DNA of 64,000 bases, from assembly GCA_024679065.1 (NCBI GenBank), contig JAGIQG010000014.1, positions 28,148,001-28,212,000 on the forward strand, in the 5' to 3' direction. The notes beneath the pieces are model-generated. The model did no database searches and was not told where the DNA came from. It saw nothing but the letters and a program-made list of their open reading frames with translations. The position numbers and the translations under genes are program-made. This stretch comes from Sphyrna mokarran (taxonomy: Eukaryota). Below are positions 46,994 to 59,350 of the stretch, piece after piece; within the stretch, counting starts at the first letter, position 1, and the number at the start of each line of letters is the position of its first letter.

Positions 46994-48874
46994 TTACTAT
47001 GAAATAAATTGGTTGGATTTAAAATTGGTGTTGTAAAACTTTACTGAGTTTACCCCAGTCCAATGCTGGCATCTCTACATCTTGACCATAGAAGACAGAG
47101 GGTAGTGCTGGAAGGGTGTTTTTCTGAAAGGAAGTCTGTAACTAGTTGTGTTCCACAGGGGTAACGCTGGAACATTTGCTTTTTGTTATATAAATGACTT
47201 GGAATAAAACATAGCTGGTCTGATGAGCAAGTTTGCAGATGACACTAAGATTGGTGAATTTGCAGACAATATGGAGATTAAAAGTGAATACAGAAGGGTA
47301 TAGACAGGCTGGAAAATTGGGCAGAGAAATAGCAGATGGAATTTAATATGGACATATGTGAGGTGCTGCATTTTGATACATCTAATTCAGGTGAGGACTG
47401 AATTCAGGTAAAATAAAGAGCATAAACACACAGAGATCTGGGTGTGCAGGCACAAAAATTGTTAAAAATTACAGCAAAGGTGGTGGAGAAAGCATATGGC
47501 ATGCTTGCCTTCATTGGGGGGGGCATCGCGTATAAAAGTTGGCAAATTATGTTAATTATATAAAACGTTAGTTGGACCACATGTAGAATACTGTGTCTAA
47601 TTCTGGTCACCACATTAGCAAAGGGATATGGAGGCTTTGGAGAGACTACAGAAAAGGTTTACCAGGATATTGCCTGGTATCAAAGGTATTAGCTATGAAG
47701 AGAGATTGAATAAACTGGGATTGTCCTCCCTGGACAGACGTAAGTTGAGGGGCAACCTAATAGAAGTTTACAAAATTATGAGGAGTATAGATGGGGTGAA
47801 CAGTTGGAAGCTTTTTCCCAGGACAGAAATGACAATTACAGGAGGACACAAGTTCAAGGAAAGTGGGAGGCACAAGGTTCAGTGGAGATTTGCTGGGGAT
47901 TTTTTTTTACAGGGGGTGGTGGTGCCTTGAAATGTACTGCCAAGTGAGATAGTTGAAGCAGATATGTTAGCGACATCTGGATAGACTCACGAAGAGATAG
48001 GCAGTACAAACGGTTGGTCTAGGTGGGACAACATGATTGGTGCAGGCTTGATGGGGCTGAAGGACCTGTTCCTGTGCTGTACTATTCTTTGTGATCTTGA
48101 GTTTTGGACTCCCCAACATTTTTTCTAGACCTATCTTACCAAATTTCCTCAATTTGAACATGTCTAATAGGTCACTTTCATTCTTTTCTTCAGAAAGGTC
48201 TGCTCTGTTTTCTTGGAATATATCCTCTCTGATCTGATAATAGCCTTGAAAATCTTTATTGCACTGCCTCTCGTGCTTCCAATATCCTTCTGACTTGTGC
48301 AGGATATTCTAAATGTGATTGTAGCAAAATACCATACAGGTTTAAACTAACCTCTCTGCTTTTCAATTCTGATGCTCTAGAAATCAATTCCAGAGATTTG
48401 TTTTTATGACCCTATTCTCCTGTTTCTACTTGTAATAATTTATGTAGTACTGGATCTCAGTTTCCAAATACGTGCCTCCAAATTCTACCTAGCAAAACAT
48501 ACCATATATATTGAAACTCGTTTTCCAATTATACTATTATTCTTTGATTTTGGTTTAAGAAAATATTGTCTGGTACTTTGTTGGAGATTAATATTAATGA
48601 TAACCATAATTTGTTCAACACATTGTGGAGCTGTCTTTTTTCCTTGATGCCAAATTGTTTAAGTAAATGAGGGACAACAGTGGTTTCTTGTGGAGCACAA
48701 TTCCCTGCCCACCACCCCCTTCACCACTGCGTAAGTGGTGACCCCTCATGAACTTGTTTGACCTTAGACATGAGTCTTATCAAAGACCCTTTGAAAAGTA
48801 AAACAACATCTACTACATTACTCCGGTCCAATCTGTTCTTTAATTAATTCAATTAGGCTGGAAACATGATCATC

Positions 48875-49155
48875 CAGCATAGCATGATAGCAGTCGTTAG
48901 CATTGCTGCCTCACAGTGCCAGTGACCCAGCTTGGATTCTGGTCTTGGATAACTCTGTGTGGTGTTTGCATGTTTTCCTTGTGTCTGCATAGGTTTCCTC
49001 CAGGTGCTCCAGTTTCTTCCCACAGTCCAAAGATGTGTAGGCTAGGGGGAGTAGTGGGGTTGCAGGGGACAGTGATTGGGTGGGATGCTCTGTTGGAGAA
49101 TCGGTGAAGACATGATGGATCGAAAGGCCTTCTTCTGCACATTCTCTGTTTTATA
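48875..49155 (+). mobile_element. HE1-like V-SINE
   Basis: Head, V core and CR1 tail. Confidence 0.8.
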
Positions 49156-51252
49156 ATCTCTTCCAAAATCCATGCAGAACTTAAAAAATATTATATATCC
49201 AAATACTAGATTTCTCCTTTTATATCTTTGAGTAAAGATTTCATTATCTTTCCTGCCCTCAATTTAACTGGTCTACAGCTCCTGGATTATATTTTTATCT
49301 TGGAATACATTATACTGCCTCTCTTTTTCCCTAGTCTATCTTGGCTTGAGTGGATGTTTCAACTTCTAGATTTGATCATTATTTATAGATGGCAGACAGA
49401 TCTTAAGTGTTATATATTTTTGATTTATTTTTCTAATGCCATGTCTACTGCATTAGTTTTCCTTGTGAATACTGAAGCAAAGTAATAATTCAATATTTCT
49501 GCTATTTTGCCTTCACTGCCTGAGTTTATCTTGTGCATTCCTTGAGAACTTACTTACATCCTGCTTTTCCTTGTTATTTATGCATTTGTCGCTTAATAAA
49601 ACATTTTTCTGTTCAACTGTTCTTTCGCATTCATTCCTAACCTATTAGTATTCCCTTTTGGCATCTTCACCTTGATTGCCCATAGACATAATCTATATTT
49701 TTTTTTCTGATTTTTCAATTATTTATACCCTTTTTCAATCATGTGAATTTGGGTGAAATCTTACCAAAAAAAATGGCTGTTGGGATTCAACTGAAAACTA
49801 GTATTCCTCTATCCAGTTTTCTGTCCAAATCTCATGAAATTTTGGCTAAGAAAAATACAAGGTAGTATGTTTCACACTGCTCCTGACAGTCATCACCATC
49901 ATCCTCCCCCAACAGTTAAAGGGTACCCCGTCCCCTCAACATTTATCTCCACTCCCACTCCATTATTACCAGCATCTCTCCCCTTTCTCCACCACTACAC
50001 ACAGGCATCTCCTCTCCCCTAAACCTAAGAGGCTCTCACTAAGGCTTACCCCAGGCGCAGGTTGGTATGGTGCCAGTCTGGCAATTCCCTATGCCAGGGA
50101 CAGTGCCAGGGCACTACCTGGTCACATCTCTCTTCTCCAGTATCTTTGCACTCCCAAACAAAACCCCCAAAAGATTCACTCCTGGGTGATCCTATTGTAA
50201 ATTTTGCTGACATAACATGCACAAAAGTTTAGTAAAGGGGGAAGATTTGGGCAGGGCGAGTAATGATATTAACATTTATTTAAATTGCTATAAATCAGGG
50301 TTCTCACTCATCATGAGGCAAGGGGCAATGAAAATCAAAAACGGCCATCTTGCTGATGAGATTTATGATTTCTGGGTTTTGCCGGACCTTGGACCTCAGA
50401 CCTCTCCTGCTGATCCTGTGGCTGGAGTGGAGGGTCAAGACCGTCCCCTGCATTCTTGGCGAGTTTGTTCTCTCTTTGAGCAGTATGGTCCTCCTGAAAT
50501 TTATTCATCACTTTTGATATTACTTTCAGCTGCTGTTCTCTTTGTCAATTTTTTTCTTTACGGTTTACCTTCCCTCGTTCCATTCATAGCTCCTCGAAAT
50601 CAACTTATTTTCCAAACTGAGTTTGATTGTATGTCTTTTATCGAACTATCATTATTTGGTCATTTATTAGCCTCGAATCAACGTGAATGAGATTGTCAGT
50701 ATTTATGAGCAGATGACAGAGCAACATCGGATGAGCAGTAGATGCAGTCAAACACAACTGGGTTTAATTAGGAATGATGGTGGAGTATTGGGAGAGTGTG
50801 GGCAGGGAAAACTGAGCAGGAGTCGCACCGCATTGGAGTTCTGGTTCTGAAAACTGTTCCCAAATATCTTGGTGAATGCTTGATGCAGGAATCCTGCCTA
50901 CTCACTCATTAACCTAGTAAATATTCTTGCCAATGTGAATTGTGCAAAGCCAATTATCCAAGTGGACTGTAATGTAATGGGATTTTAGTGAGATTTGGGG
51001 GAGATGGTGGATAATAATAGTCACTGGAGAAGTAAAAGCCCAGGGATTGGGGAATTGGGTTTGAATCTCACCATGGTAGATGGGGGAATTTAAAATTTAA
51101 TACATATCTGGAGTTAAAATTCTAGTGATTACCATGAAATTACTGTTGATTGTCATTAAATCTGTCTGGTTCATTAATGTCCTTAAGGGAAGGAAATCTG
51201 ACATTTTTCAAAGGTCTAATTAATAAGAAAAATCAGTAGTGACTTAAGGATA

Positions 51253-52634
51253 TAAATGACTTGGAAGAGGGAGTAAGTGGAGTGATCAGCAAGTTTGCAG
51301 ATGATACAAAGATGGCTGCACTTGCGGATCGTGACAAACATTGTCAGGCAATGCAGCAGGACATAGATATTCTGGTAGCTTGTGCAGACAGATGGCAGGT
51401 GGAATTCAATCTTGATAAAAGTGAGGTGATGCATTTCGGGACAAAGAATGTAGGGGGGAGGTATATGATAAAGGGTAGACCTATTAAGAGTATAGAAATG
51501 CAGAGGGACCTGGGGGTGCAGGTGAACAAGTCTCTGAAGGTGGCTGAGCAAATGGAGAAGGTTGTGAAGAAAGCATATAGTATGCTGGCCTTTTTAGGAA
51601 AGGGTATAGAGTACAAGAGCTGGCCTTTAATGTTGCAGTTGTATAAAACGTTGGTTAGACCTCATTTGGAATACTGCGTCCAGTTCTGGTCGCCTTACTA
51701 CCGGAAGGACGTGGAGACGCTGGAGAGAGTGCAGAGGAGGTTTACCAGAATGCTGCCTGGTATGGAAGGTCTGAGTTACGAAGACAGATTAGGCAAATTG
51801 GGACTGTTTTCCTCTGAAAGACGTAGACTTAGAGGAGATCTAATAGAGGTGTACAAGATTATGAAGGGGATAGATAAACAGGGTTAAGCTTTTTCCTAGG
51901 ATGGACTCAAATAGCACGAGGGGTCACAGGCTTAGGATGAGAGGGGTAAGGTATAATTTGGATACTAGAGGGAGTTTTTTCACACAGAGGGTGGTGGGGG
52001 TATGGAATGTGCTGCCAAGTAAAGTGATGGAGGCAGGCACTCTGGAGTTATTTAAGAAATACTTAGATGGGCACATGAACAGAATGGGAATGGAGGGGTA
52101 TAGAAAACTGATTTAAAATAGGGATCATGAGCCTGGGGAGTCCCTGGGAAGTGTGTAAATAGATGATGATATTGATGTACTTGTTTTTATCCTACAGGTG
52201 CTTTGGTCCACCTTGTTGTCTAACAAGGGGCATATACGCAATGGGTCGTGAGAGGGCTGCTCTTGGATTTTTTTTGGAAGTATCCTAGTGCTTCACGTCG
52301 TTAGTGTACGCTTGACCTGGACCATTTGATGGGCAACACGACAGCTCAGTGACTATTGCTGGGCTGTGCAGATACATGGATTTGGGCCTGTGTCTGTGGG
52401 AGTTTGCGCATTCTCCCCGTGCTTGCATGGGTTTTCTCCGGGCATTCCGGTTTCCTCCCACATCCCAAAGATGTGCTCTTAGGCTAACTGGCAAAACAAA
52501 TTCTCCTTAAATTGTCTCAAATTTGGTTTTTTAATCCATAGATCTATAAACATGGACAGGGATCGCAGGTAGAGGTGGGAACATCTCGTGGGAACAGAAC
52601 GAGAAGGCCTGCTTCTCGTGCTGTTTTGTTCTTT
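51253..52634 (+). mobile_element. 5'-truncated copy of the V-SINE-tailed CR1 (RT C-terminus plus 3'UTR)
   Basis: ORF 51261-51887 nearly identical to the 20041-20832 pieces; same 3'UTR in the opposite orientation. Confidence 0.93.
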
Positions 52635-53009
52635 ATTCAGCAGACTTTGCCAATGACTCCCAAAGGCCACCCAGCAAAACCCAGTCATGTTTGCCCTTGG
52701 CTTCAAATGATGGGATGTCCCTCATCGACAGATCAATAAAGGGCCTGACAGAAGGGCAAGGGAAGTCCACACTGAAACTCACCATCCCTTGCCTCTGCCC
52801 CCCCCCATCCCTTTTTGCCTGGCACCCCATACCACCTGCAACTCAAATGGGCACTGGAATTTGGTGTTGATCCTGGCGTTGGGCCTCAGTGTAAGTAATG
52901 AGTTTAAAAGTAGGATGCATTTAGAGGAACGATGTTGAAAACAAACACCACTTGGTCATTTACAAAATTTCCAAGCCATGTATTTGCAATTTGAGGCTTA
53001 TGAGCCTCT

Positions 53010-53081
53010 ATTGCACCAACAGCCAACAAAACAGAAGATGGAATCAAACTAAAAAAGTGAAATCGGGAGATGAGTTTTATT
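53010..53081 (-). terminator. Candidate distal polyadenylation site of PANK3
   Basis: AATAAA on - at 53081-53076 with upstream TGTA, followed downstream by U-rich (cactttttt) and GU-rich (tctgttttgttggctgttggtg) elements. Confidence 0.55.
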
Positions 53082-54237
53082 TTGTCAAGCACCAAAGAAA
53101 TACAATGTAAACTGCAAACAGAGATCAGACCATGCAACAGACTGTAGCTGGGCGTTGGATGGGAATGGTACCAGCACAGATTCTGGCCTTTAGAAATTTT
53201 ATGAAGGAACACAGAATTCATCTTTTTTCAAGAGCAAGTTATGTCACAAATCAAGCAATAAAAAAAGTATGCACAAAAACACACACATACATGCAGCCAG
53301 ACAATGAATCATAAAACATGTATTCTCACAGCTTCAGTTAGGTGAAGATTTCTTAAAACAAACATTTACATCTAAATGATTATATGTTAAACAATATTTT
53401 TACAACACATACCATTTTTTGTACAAACGTTCAGTGTCATATGTTTTACCAGGTCATTTAAATAGCATTGTATATTCAGCAAATGCAATAACCTTTAAAT
53501 TACTGAATTTCAAGGTAATTAAACATTTAAAAGATGCACCATGAAAGTTCTTTTGCATTTTAAAACTTTATGTATATATTAAATCTTCACGTTCCTCATG
53601 TATATTGCCTAATTAGTTCATGCTTTGAATTTATTGTTTCATGCAGCTGGTGATAGGCTCTTTATTTCAGTAATTGCACTGGCTAATAGACAGTAAGGAC
53701 AAGCTGATTTTTTTTTGGGAATGCTAAACACTTGCACCTTGCCATGGTTTAGAAATGTTATCTTCCCAGGCTGAAGTATTTCCAATGTTTAAAAAAAATC
53801 CCTGAAGCTTTGTAAATTCAAAACAATTTTGTTTTCTGTAAACCTTTGGAGTCTTGTAATGCATTTATAGCTGGGTTCAATCTGACTTAGTACAGCCTCA
53901 GGGAGTCCCTGAAAAAGGTTTATTCCACAGAAAATGTTTGTAGATAGTAGTGAGTGATTACAACTTGTAGGATTGGGCAAAATTGGTGAGTAGGGTATAA
54001 CTGGATATTTTGAAGGTACAGTGCTGCTTTTCACCTCCACTTTTGTTACCCTTTTACAACAATTTATTGCAACAACTGTGCAACTGCATTCTGTAATACA
54101 AACTGAGAAAATAAAATCTCCCATTACTTTGATGTCAATGGCTGATTGATTGCTAACCACCTGGTTTTGAACCAGAGAGATTAGTTTTTAAAAAAATGGC
54201 AGTCACCACATTTTAAGAATGTGAACTTGACACCAAG

Positions 54238-54341
54238 GGCAGGATTTTACGATCTCATTTGGGTGAGGCCAAGACAGAATTCCATTCTGTGAGCCTCACC
54301 ACCCCAATTCCAGGACAGGTGAGGCGGTAAAATTCAGGCCC
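54238..54341. mobile_element. Short palindromic MITE (Harbinger-like termini) in the putative PANK3 3'UTR
   Basis: Termini gggcaggattttac / gtaaaattcaggccc; internal hairpin ggtgaggc..acagaat-tcc-attctgt..gcctcacc. Confidence 0.6.
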
Positions 54342-57300
54342 AAATATCTATTTTTACTAATAAAAGTTTTACATTTATCCATCTGTTAGGTGAAGACAAT
54401 ACATTCAGCAACAAGGCAATCTTGGAACTCAAACTATGATTTGATGCTCCAGTTCTGCTCCAAGTCTAGCTCCTGGCTTTGCAAAATAAAATTTAGCAGA
54501 ACTATAACTGAGGCATATTTCTTAAGGATTTAAACCAATGTATTGTTGGGGACAGGGGGTGGGTGGGATGAGAGGGAGAAAAAAATTGAAAAATTTAAGA
54601 AGATTAACATTTACAGTAGTATTCAACTACAGCAACAATTCAAGTTCAGCTGCTGTAATTGAAATCAGTCACCAGCTTTAGGTATAAATAAATTCAGTTG
54701 CAATTTTTACAATTCTAATCCTTCAGTTGAAGGCAACTGCAAATTAGCAAGTGGTTTAGCACATAGGTCATTGGTCCTTGCAGCCCAGCCAACTGTTAAC
54801 AAGACTATAGTAACACTACACTAACATAACTGCTGGCATTTTAGTTAGACACCGATTAACTGATGGCTCAGCCATGTGTCCTATTGAATCAACAGTGGCT
54901 CTATGAGGCTGAAACTTGCTCAAGAATGTCTCCAACATTTGCTTTTCCCTCTCAAAAGAAGAGAGACTTTAAGAATTTTGGAAGGTAAAGTATTAGGGAC
55001 GAAGGCCCAAGTTCTTTCAGCCTTTTCACCTTCTAGGCATTCATAAACAAAGTCTTAAAAGTTTAAGAGGTCAAAGGCAATTGACACATCCACAATCACA
55101 ACCTAATGCAAGGTTTGTCAAGTGAATCAGGAAATGCTTGGACTAGCTACATTAGTTCAGGCTTTTCAAATTTAAGATCACAAACAGTGTTCTTCTTTAG
55201 GCTTTAATATCTGCAGCTGACTGGACTGACGAGAGCTTTCTTCATTCACAGCTCTTCACCAATAATAATCAACTTTCGTTGCTCATCCACAGGGCCAAGT
55301 ATAAATGTAGGAAAAAGAAAGACAAGCTGCCAGCAATGACTTTGTTCAAACCGTCAGTAAGGTTTAAATTATACATGACCTGAAATGTAAGCTGTATGCA
55401 TGGAATGATTAATCCAAATCAACAGGTCCCTATCTCAAAATTAGTTGTCCTCTAGATCAAGGTCCATATCTGTAAAAATGGGTCAGGATTTGCTCTCAAA
55501 AGTAACAATGCTTTTGGCTGACTCTGTTCTCCCACCTAACCCCAATGCTTTTACCCCTGAGGAACGAGAAGCTGTTCAAAATCTGAAGTCCACCCACCTT
55601 TCAACATATATCCCATATGTAATTCAACTCTATTCCATGCGTTCCAAAAATCACAATCCCAATTTAATTTGGAATGTAAGATTTTAAAAACTATTGCACA
55701 ATGCAATTTGCAACAGTGACGTGTAGATTTAGAAATTATACTTGCTGAGCTTTCAAAATAATATGAAATGATTTTGAGGCCAGTTCTTCAGATGGTGCAA
55801 GTTTATTAAACAAATCAGCCACCAGTTCTACAATGAGGCGACACCAAGCAAAACAACTTTGCTCAGTGTTACGGAGGATATTGTGAGGAAAAAAATGCCA
55901 AATTGTTTCAAGAATTTTGGCGCAATAAAACCACTATTGCGACAGATATTACTGGAAGTATTTGAGGTAGATGTAAAAATAGATTCAACAGAACATTTTC
56001 ATTTTTTTTTGTTGTGTTGTGAATTTGACGGAGAGAGAAAATGTTCTAACAAGTCTCACCTAAAAACACCCAAAGAATATAAATAACCTTACAGCTCTCA
56101 AAGACTGAATTAAAACCTTGAAAATTATGTTGAACTAAATTCCACTGACTCAGTGCTGCAAATTACTGTAACCACACCAAAGAACAAAGATATTCAATAA
56201 AGGCCAGCCAAATATTCAAATACTAAGGCAGAATATTGTCAGGTTTAGTTGCATTTTGATGTTTGCATATGTAATTGCATTACAGGCACACATTCTAGTG
56301 ATGAACCTTCAAACAAATTTAACAGTTACAAAACTGGATGTCCATTTATATTATAATGGCACTCAGAAAACTGTGGAAAATGCACTCTCTATATGCATTG
56401 CATCATGTTAAACAGGTTTATTATTGAATAAAATAAAATCCAGATATTATTTTCACCCATAAAATTACTATGGCTATGCAGGTTTAATTACTCTAACCTT
56501 ATAGTTTCTTTACATAGAGAATGTTTCAAAGTATCTTTTTATCCCATTTGCACAACTACATAAATAAAATACTTGCGTGCCCCAAGGCATGCATTCTACC
56601 TGCATCATGGTAGAATTCAGCTTACTGTCTTAAATGCCACTGCAACTCTTCATTCAATGCATTCTGAGTAAGATTTTGCTGTGCTTAGCAGCTTGAATTC
56701 TGCAGCTGTGATGGAAACTCCTTAGAATTCTAGTTTCTGTACTTAAATAAATTTTAAACCACCCAAGATCCCATATTTTTTTTTAAAAAAGTTAAAAGGC
56801 TATTCTACCTTGCTTTACAATGAGCATAGGGAGTCAATATAAAGCACAGTTGATAAAGCTAGGCTGGCTGGCAGGGACCCTGGTTTGCAGAGGCAGTTAA
56901 GTTCCCAAATTAAAGTCTCACATACACTGTCCTTACTTACACTGTTTTGTTACACATTTCCATATCTGGAAATTGTCTATGTAAATGTGTGACACTAATT
57001 TTAATCTCCTGCCATGGATAATGCTGAAGTATCTCCACTGGTGGACGGATGTAATTAGCATGACAAGCCTATATAGGAATATAAAAACAGGCCTAAGAAT
57101 TTAAATGACAATAATGGACAGAGATGGCACCAGGCTTCGAGTCAGATTAAAAATTCCACGCGGCAAAATGTTTTGCTGATCCAGTATTCTGACAATATTG
57201 CACTGAACAGAAAAAACGTTACCGCGCATAGTGAATTGAACTCCAGACTCAATGACAGATAAATGCACCAGCAATTTACACTGAAGGAAAATAAGATAAA

Positions 57301-58139
57301 TATATAAAGGATTTAACAGACATCTTCTGAACAAGCCAAACTATCAGAAATGAAGACGTGGTTTCGAAATTCTGCAAGTGAAAGTAATTGGCTTGGTTCT
57401 ATTTCCTCATTCAGCAGAGGTGGTCACGTCTAACATAACTATTTCTTCATATGTTTGCAGCAAAGATCGAGGCCTCAGCTATCGAAATTCACCATGAAGG
57501 TCAAGAGTGTGAAACAGCTGTTGTCTCTTAAACCTGTTGCGGTATCCAGAAATAAAAGCTAGATCATAGCTCAAGCTCGTCATTGGGAAGGCGGGAGGGG
57601 CAAGACTATTCTATTCAGGAAATCGATTTAAAACCATCCTTTTACATTAGTATCTATTGTAGAATCTATTGCAAGTTGCTGCATAAGTCAACTGTATAAG
57701 GCGACTCCTGTTCTTGGATGCCATAAAATTTGACTCCTCCCATTTTTTCAGCTGTTAATGAATATTTAAGGCTATGCTAGAATTAGGCACTGACCTCCAT
57801 CATTTTAGCTCACGAAATACATGTTTAGGATTATTCTCCTCTTATAAATCCGCACATGGGATTAAACAGGCGATAGGGAGCATGTTGCCAAGAAGATGGG
57901 CGGGATTTTGACATGCTCACACAGCAACTGACAAACAGAAATGCTTTTGTCTTTCAAAGTGGCGAGCATGTACACAAAAACCAAGACATTTTACACTCAG
58001 CATTTAAGTCCACACATTTTTGAAAGGACTTTTCAAAGCTTCAAATATTGATGTATAATGCCATAAACTGCAGTACCTTCAGGCACTGAAAAACACTTTA
58101 TAATGTCATAAAAAAAAAATCAAAGAAATCTAAAATAAA

Positions 58140-58690
58140 TACTTTGCTATTCAGCCCATCTTCTGCTGTAAACCCCTTCTGTTAACAGACAGACTCAATC
58201 ATCCCAATATTGTCTTGGCTGGTCTCCCATTTCTTGTTCTTCATGAATTTGAGCTTGCCCAAAACTAGCAGAACTTGCATAAAATGCTGTTTGCCTATAA
58301 ATTATATGCATTTGATGTACATTCACTCCCAATCCTTTGATTTTAAAATTGAACTACCATGTTTAAATCCCTCCACTGTCTCCCCCCCTCTACTTGTTAC
58401 CATTGTACAGTGCTAGAAAAGAGCTCCGAGTTGTTCCAACTCTGATATCATGACTTTCCCATTTCCCACACCCCCACCACAGGGGATTATGCCTTCAGAT
58501 GATTAGGTCCGAAATACACACTGAATCTCAATCAATCAATTCCTAATATGGTCTAAAAGCGTTTCCTTCAGTCACCCGTCCTAGTGCCTTCTCTTTTGGT
58601 GCAGATTAACTTTTATCTCATTATGCCACTATGAAGAATTCTGCTCCGTTAAAATTGCTTTATAAAGTGTCAACTATTGCTGTCAATTGG
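58140..58690 (+). mobile_element. Degraded L2-like LINE 3' fragment
   Basis: Remnant ..IDFKI...FKSL-type L2 C-terminal sequence and tail. Confidence 0.5.
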
Positions 58691-59024
58691 GGTGCCTGGA
58701 AAAATCATCCCTGTTATATGTTTTCTCTGGGAATCAGGACCAATCACATGAAATCTGTGGAAGGATTTAACCTGATTGGACTAGTTTTTCCTTTACATAC
58801 ATGTCTTACATTTTGTATTTTAAGCCACATCAATGTCATGCACCTCAGAACGCACTGTCTGGAACAGAAGCAATAGTGCCATCCAGTGGCAAATGAGTTA
58901 CCATCTTAAACAACTGTTCTGACAAAGTCATTAAATCCGCAACATTAACCGCTTCTCTCTCTACAGATGCTGTCTGACCTGATGAGTACCCAGCATTTTC
59001 AAGTTTTTAATTTCAGACTTCCAG

Positions 59025-59350
59025 CATAGAACCCTACAGTGCAGAAAGAGGCCTTTCGGCCCATCGAGCCTGCACCCTAGTCCCATATCCCTACATATTA
59101 TACCACTAATCCCTCTAACCTACGCATCCCTGGACTCTAAGTGGTAATTTCTTAGCATGGCCAATCAACCTAACCTGCACATCTTTGGACTGTGGGATGA
59201 AACCAGAGTACCCGGAGGAAGCCCACACAGACACAAGAAGAATGTAAGAATGTGCAAACTCCACACAGACAGTGACCCGAGCCAGGAATCGAACCCAGGA
59301 CCTTGGAGCTGTGAAGCAGCAATGCCAACCAATGTGCTGCCGTGCTGTCC
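59025..59350 (-). mobile_element. HE1-like V-SINE in the putative PANK3 3'UTR
   Basis: Homologous to 17070-17412. Confidence 0.85.

Larger units (their letters stand above)
45013..47080. mobile_element. Penelope-like element (GIY-YIG, Cys-rich linker) as an inverted pair of 5'-truncated arms, inserted in a CR1
   Basis: Arms ~45014-45905 (-) and ~46156-47048 (+); IPYGQALR-type RT C-terminus, PCHSNLCKTC, VVYLIRC..WYIGET..LRQRMNEH; 11-bp TSD CTTGACCATAG at 45002-45012 and 47081-47091. Confidence 0.92.
44240..48095 (+). mobile_element. Degenerate 5'-truncated CR1 (host of the Penelope insertion)
   Basis: RIKENPK, ILNEYFASVFT, DKSP, FADDTK and C-terminal CR1 motifs lie on both sides of 45013-47080; CR1-type tail at ~48050-48095. 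Confidence 0.85.

Noticed and set aside
52904-53221. ORF containing LLAVGAI, resembling the PANK C-terminal GAVGALL
   Set aside because: The true last exon is at 62393-62443; this is a chance similarity around the poly(A) region.
55226-55260. CTGACGA-GAGCT..AGCTC resembling a hammerhead core with stem II
   Set aside because: It is followed by TTCA instead of GAAA, and stems I and III are absent.
58917-59027. Possible hammerhead in a second Penelope-type terminal repeat (also ~3040-3150)
   Set aside because: The core has decayed (ctgacaaag..ccgcaac) and the family assignment is from memory only, so it is not supportable as a ribozyme.
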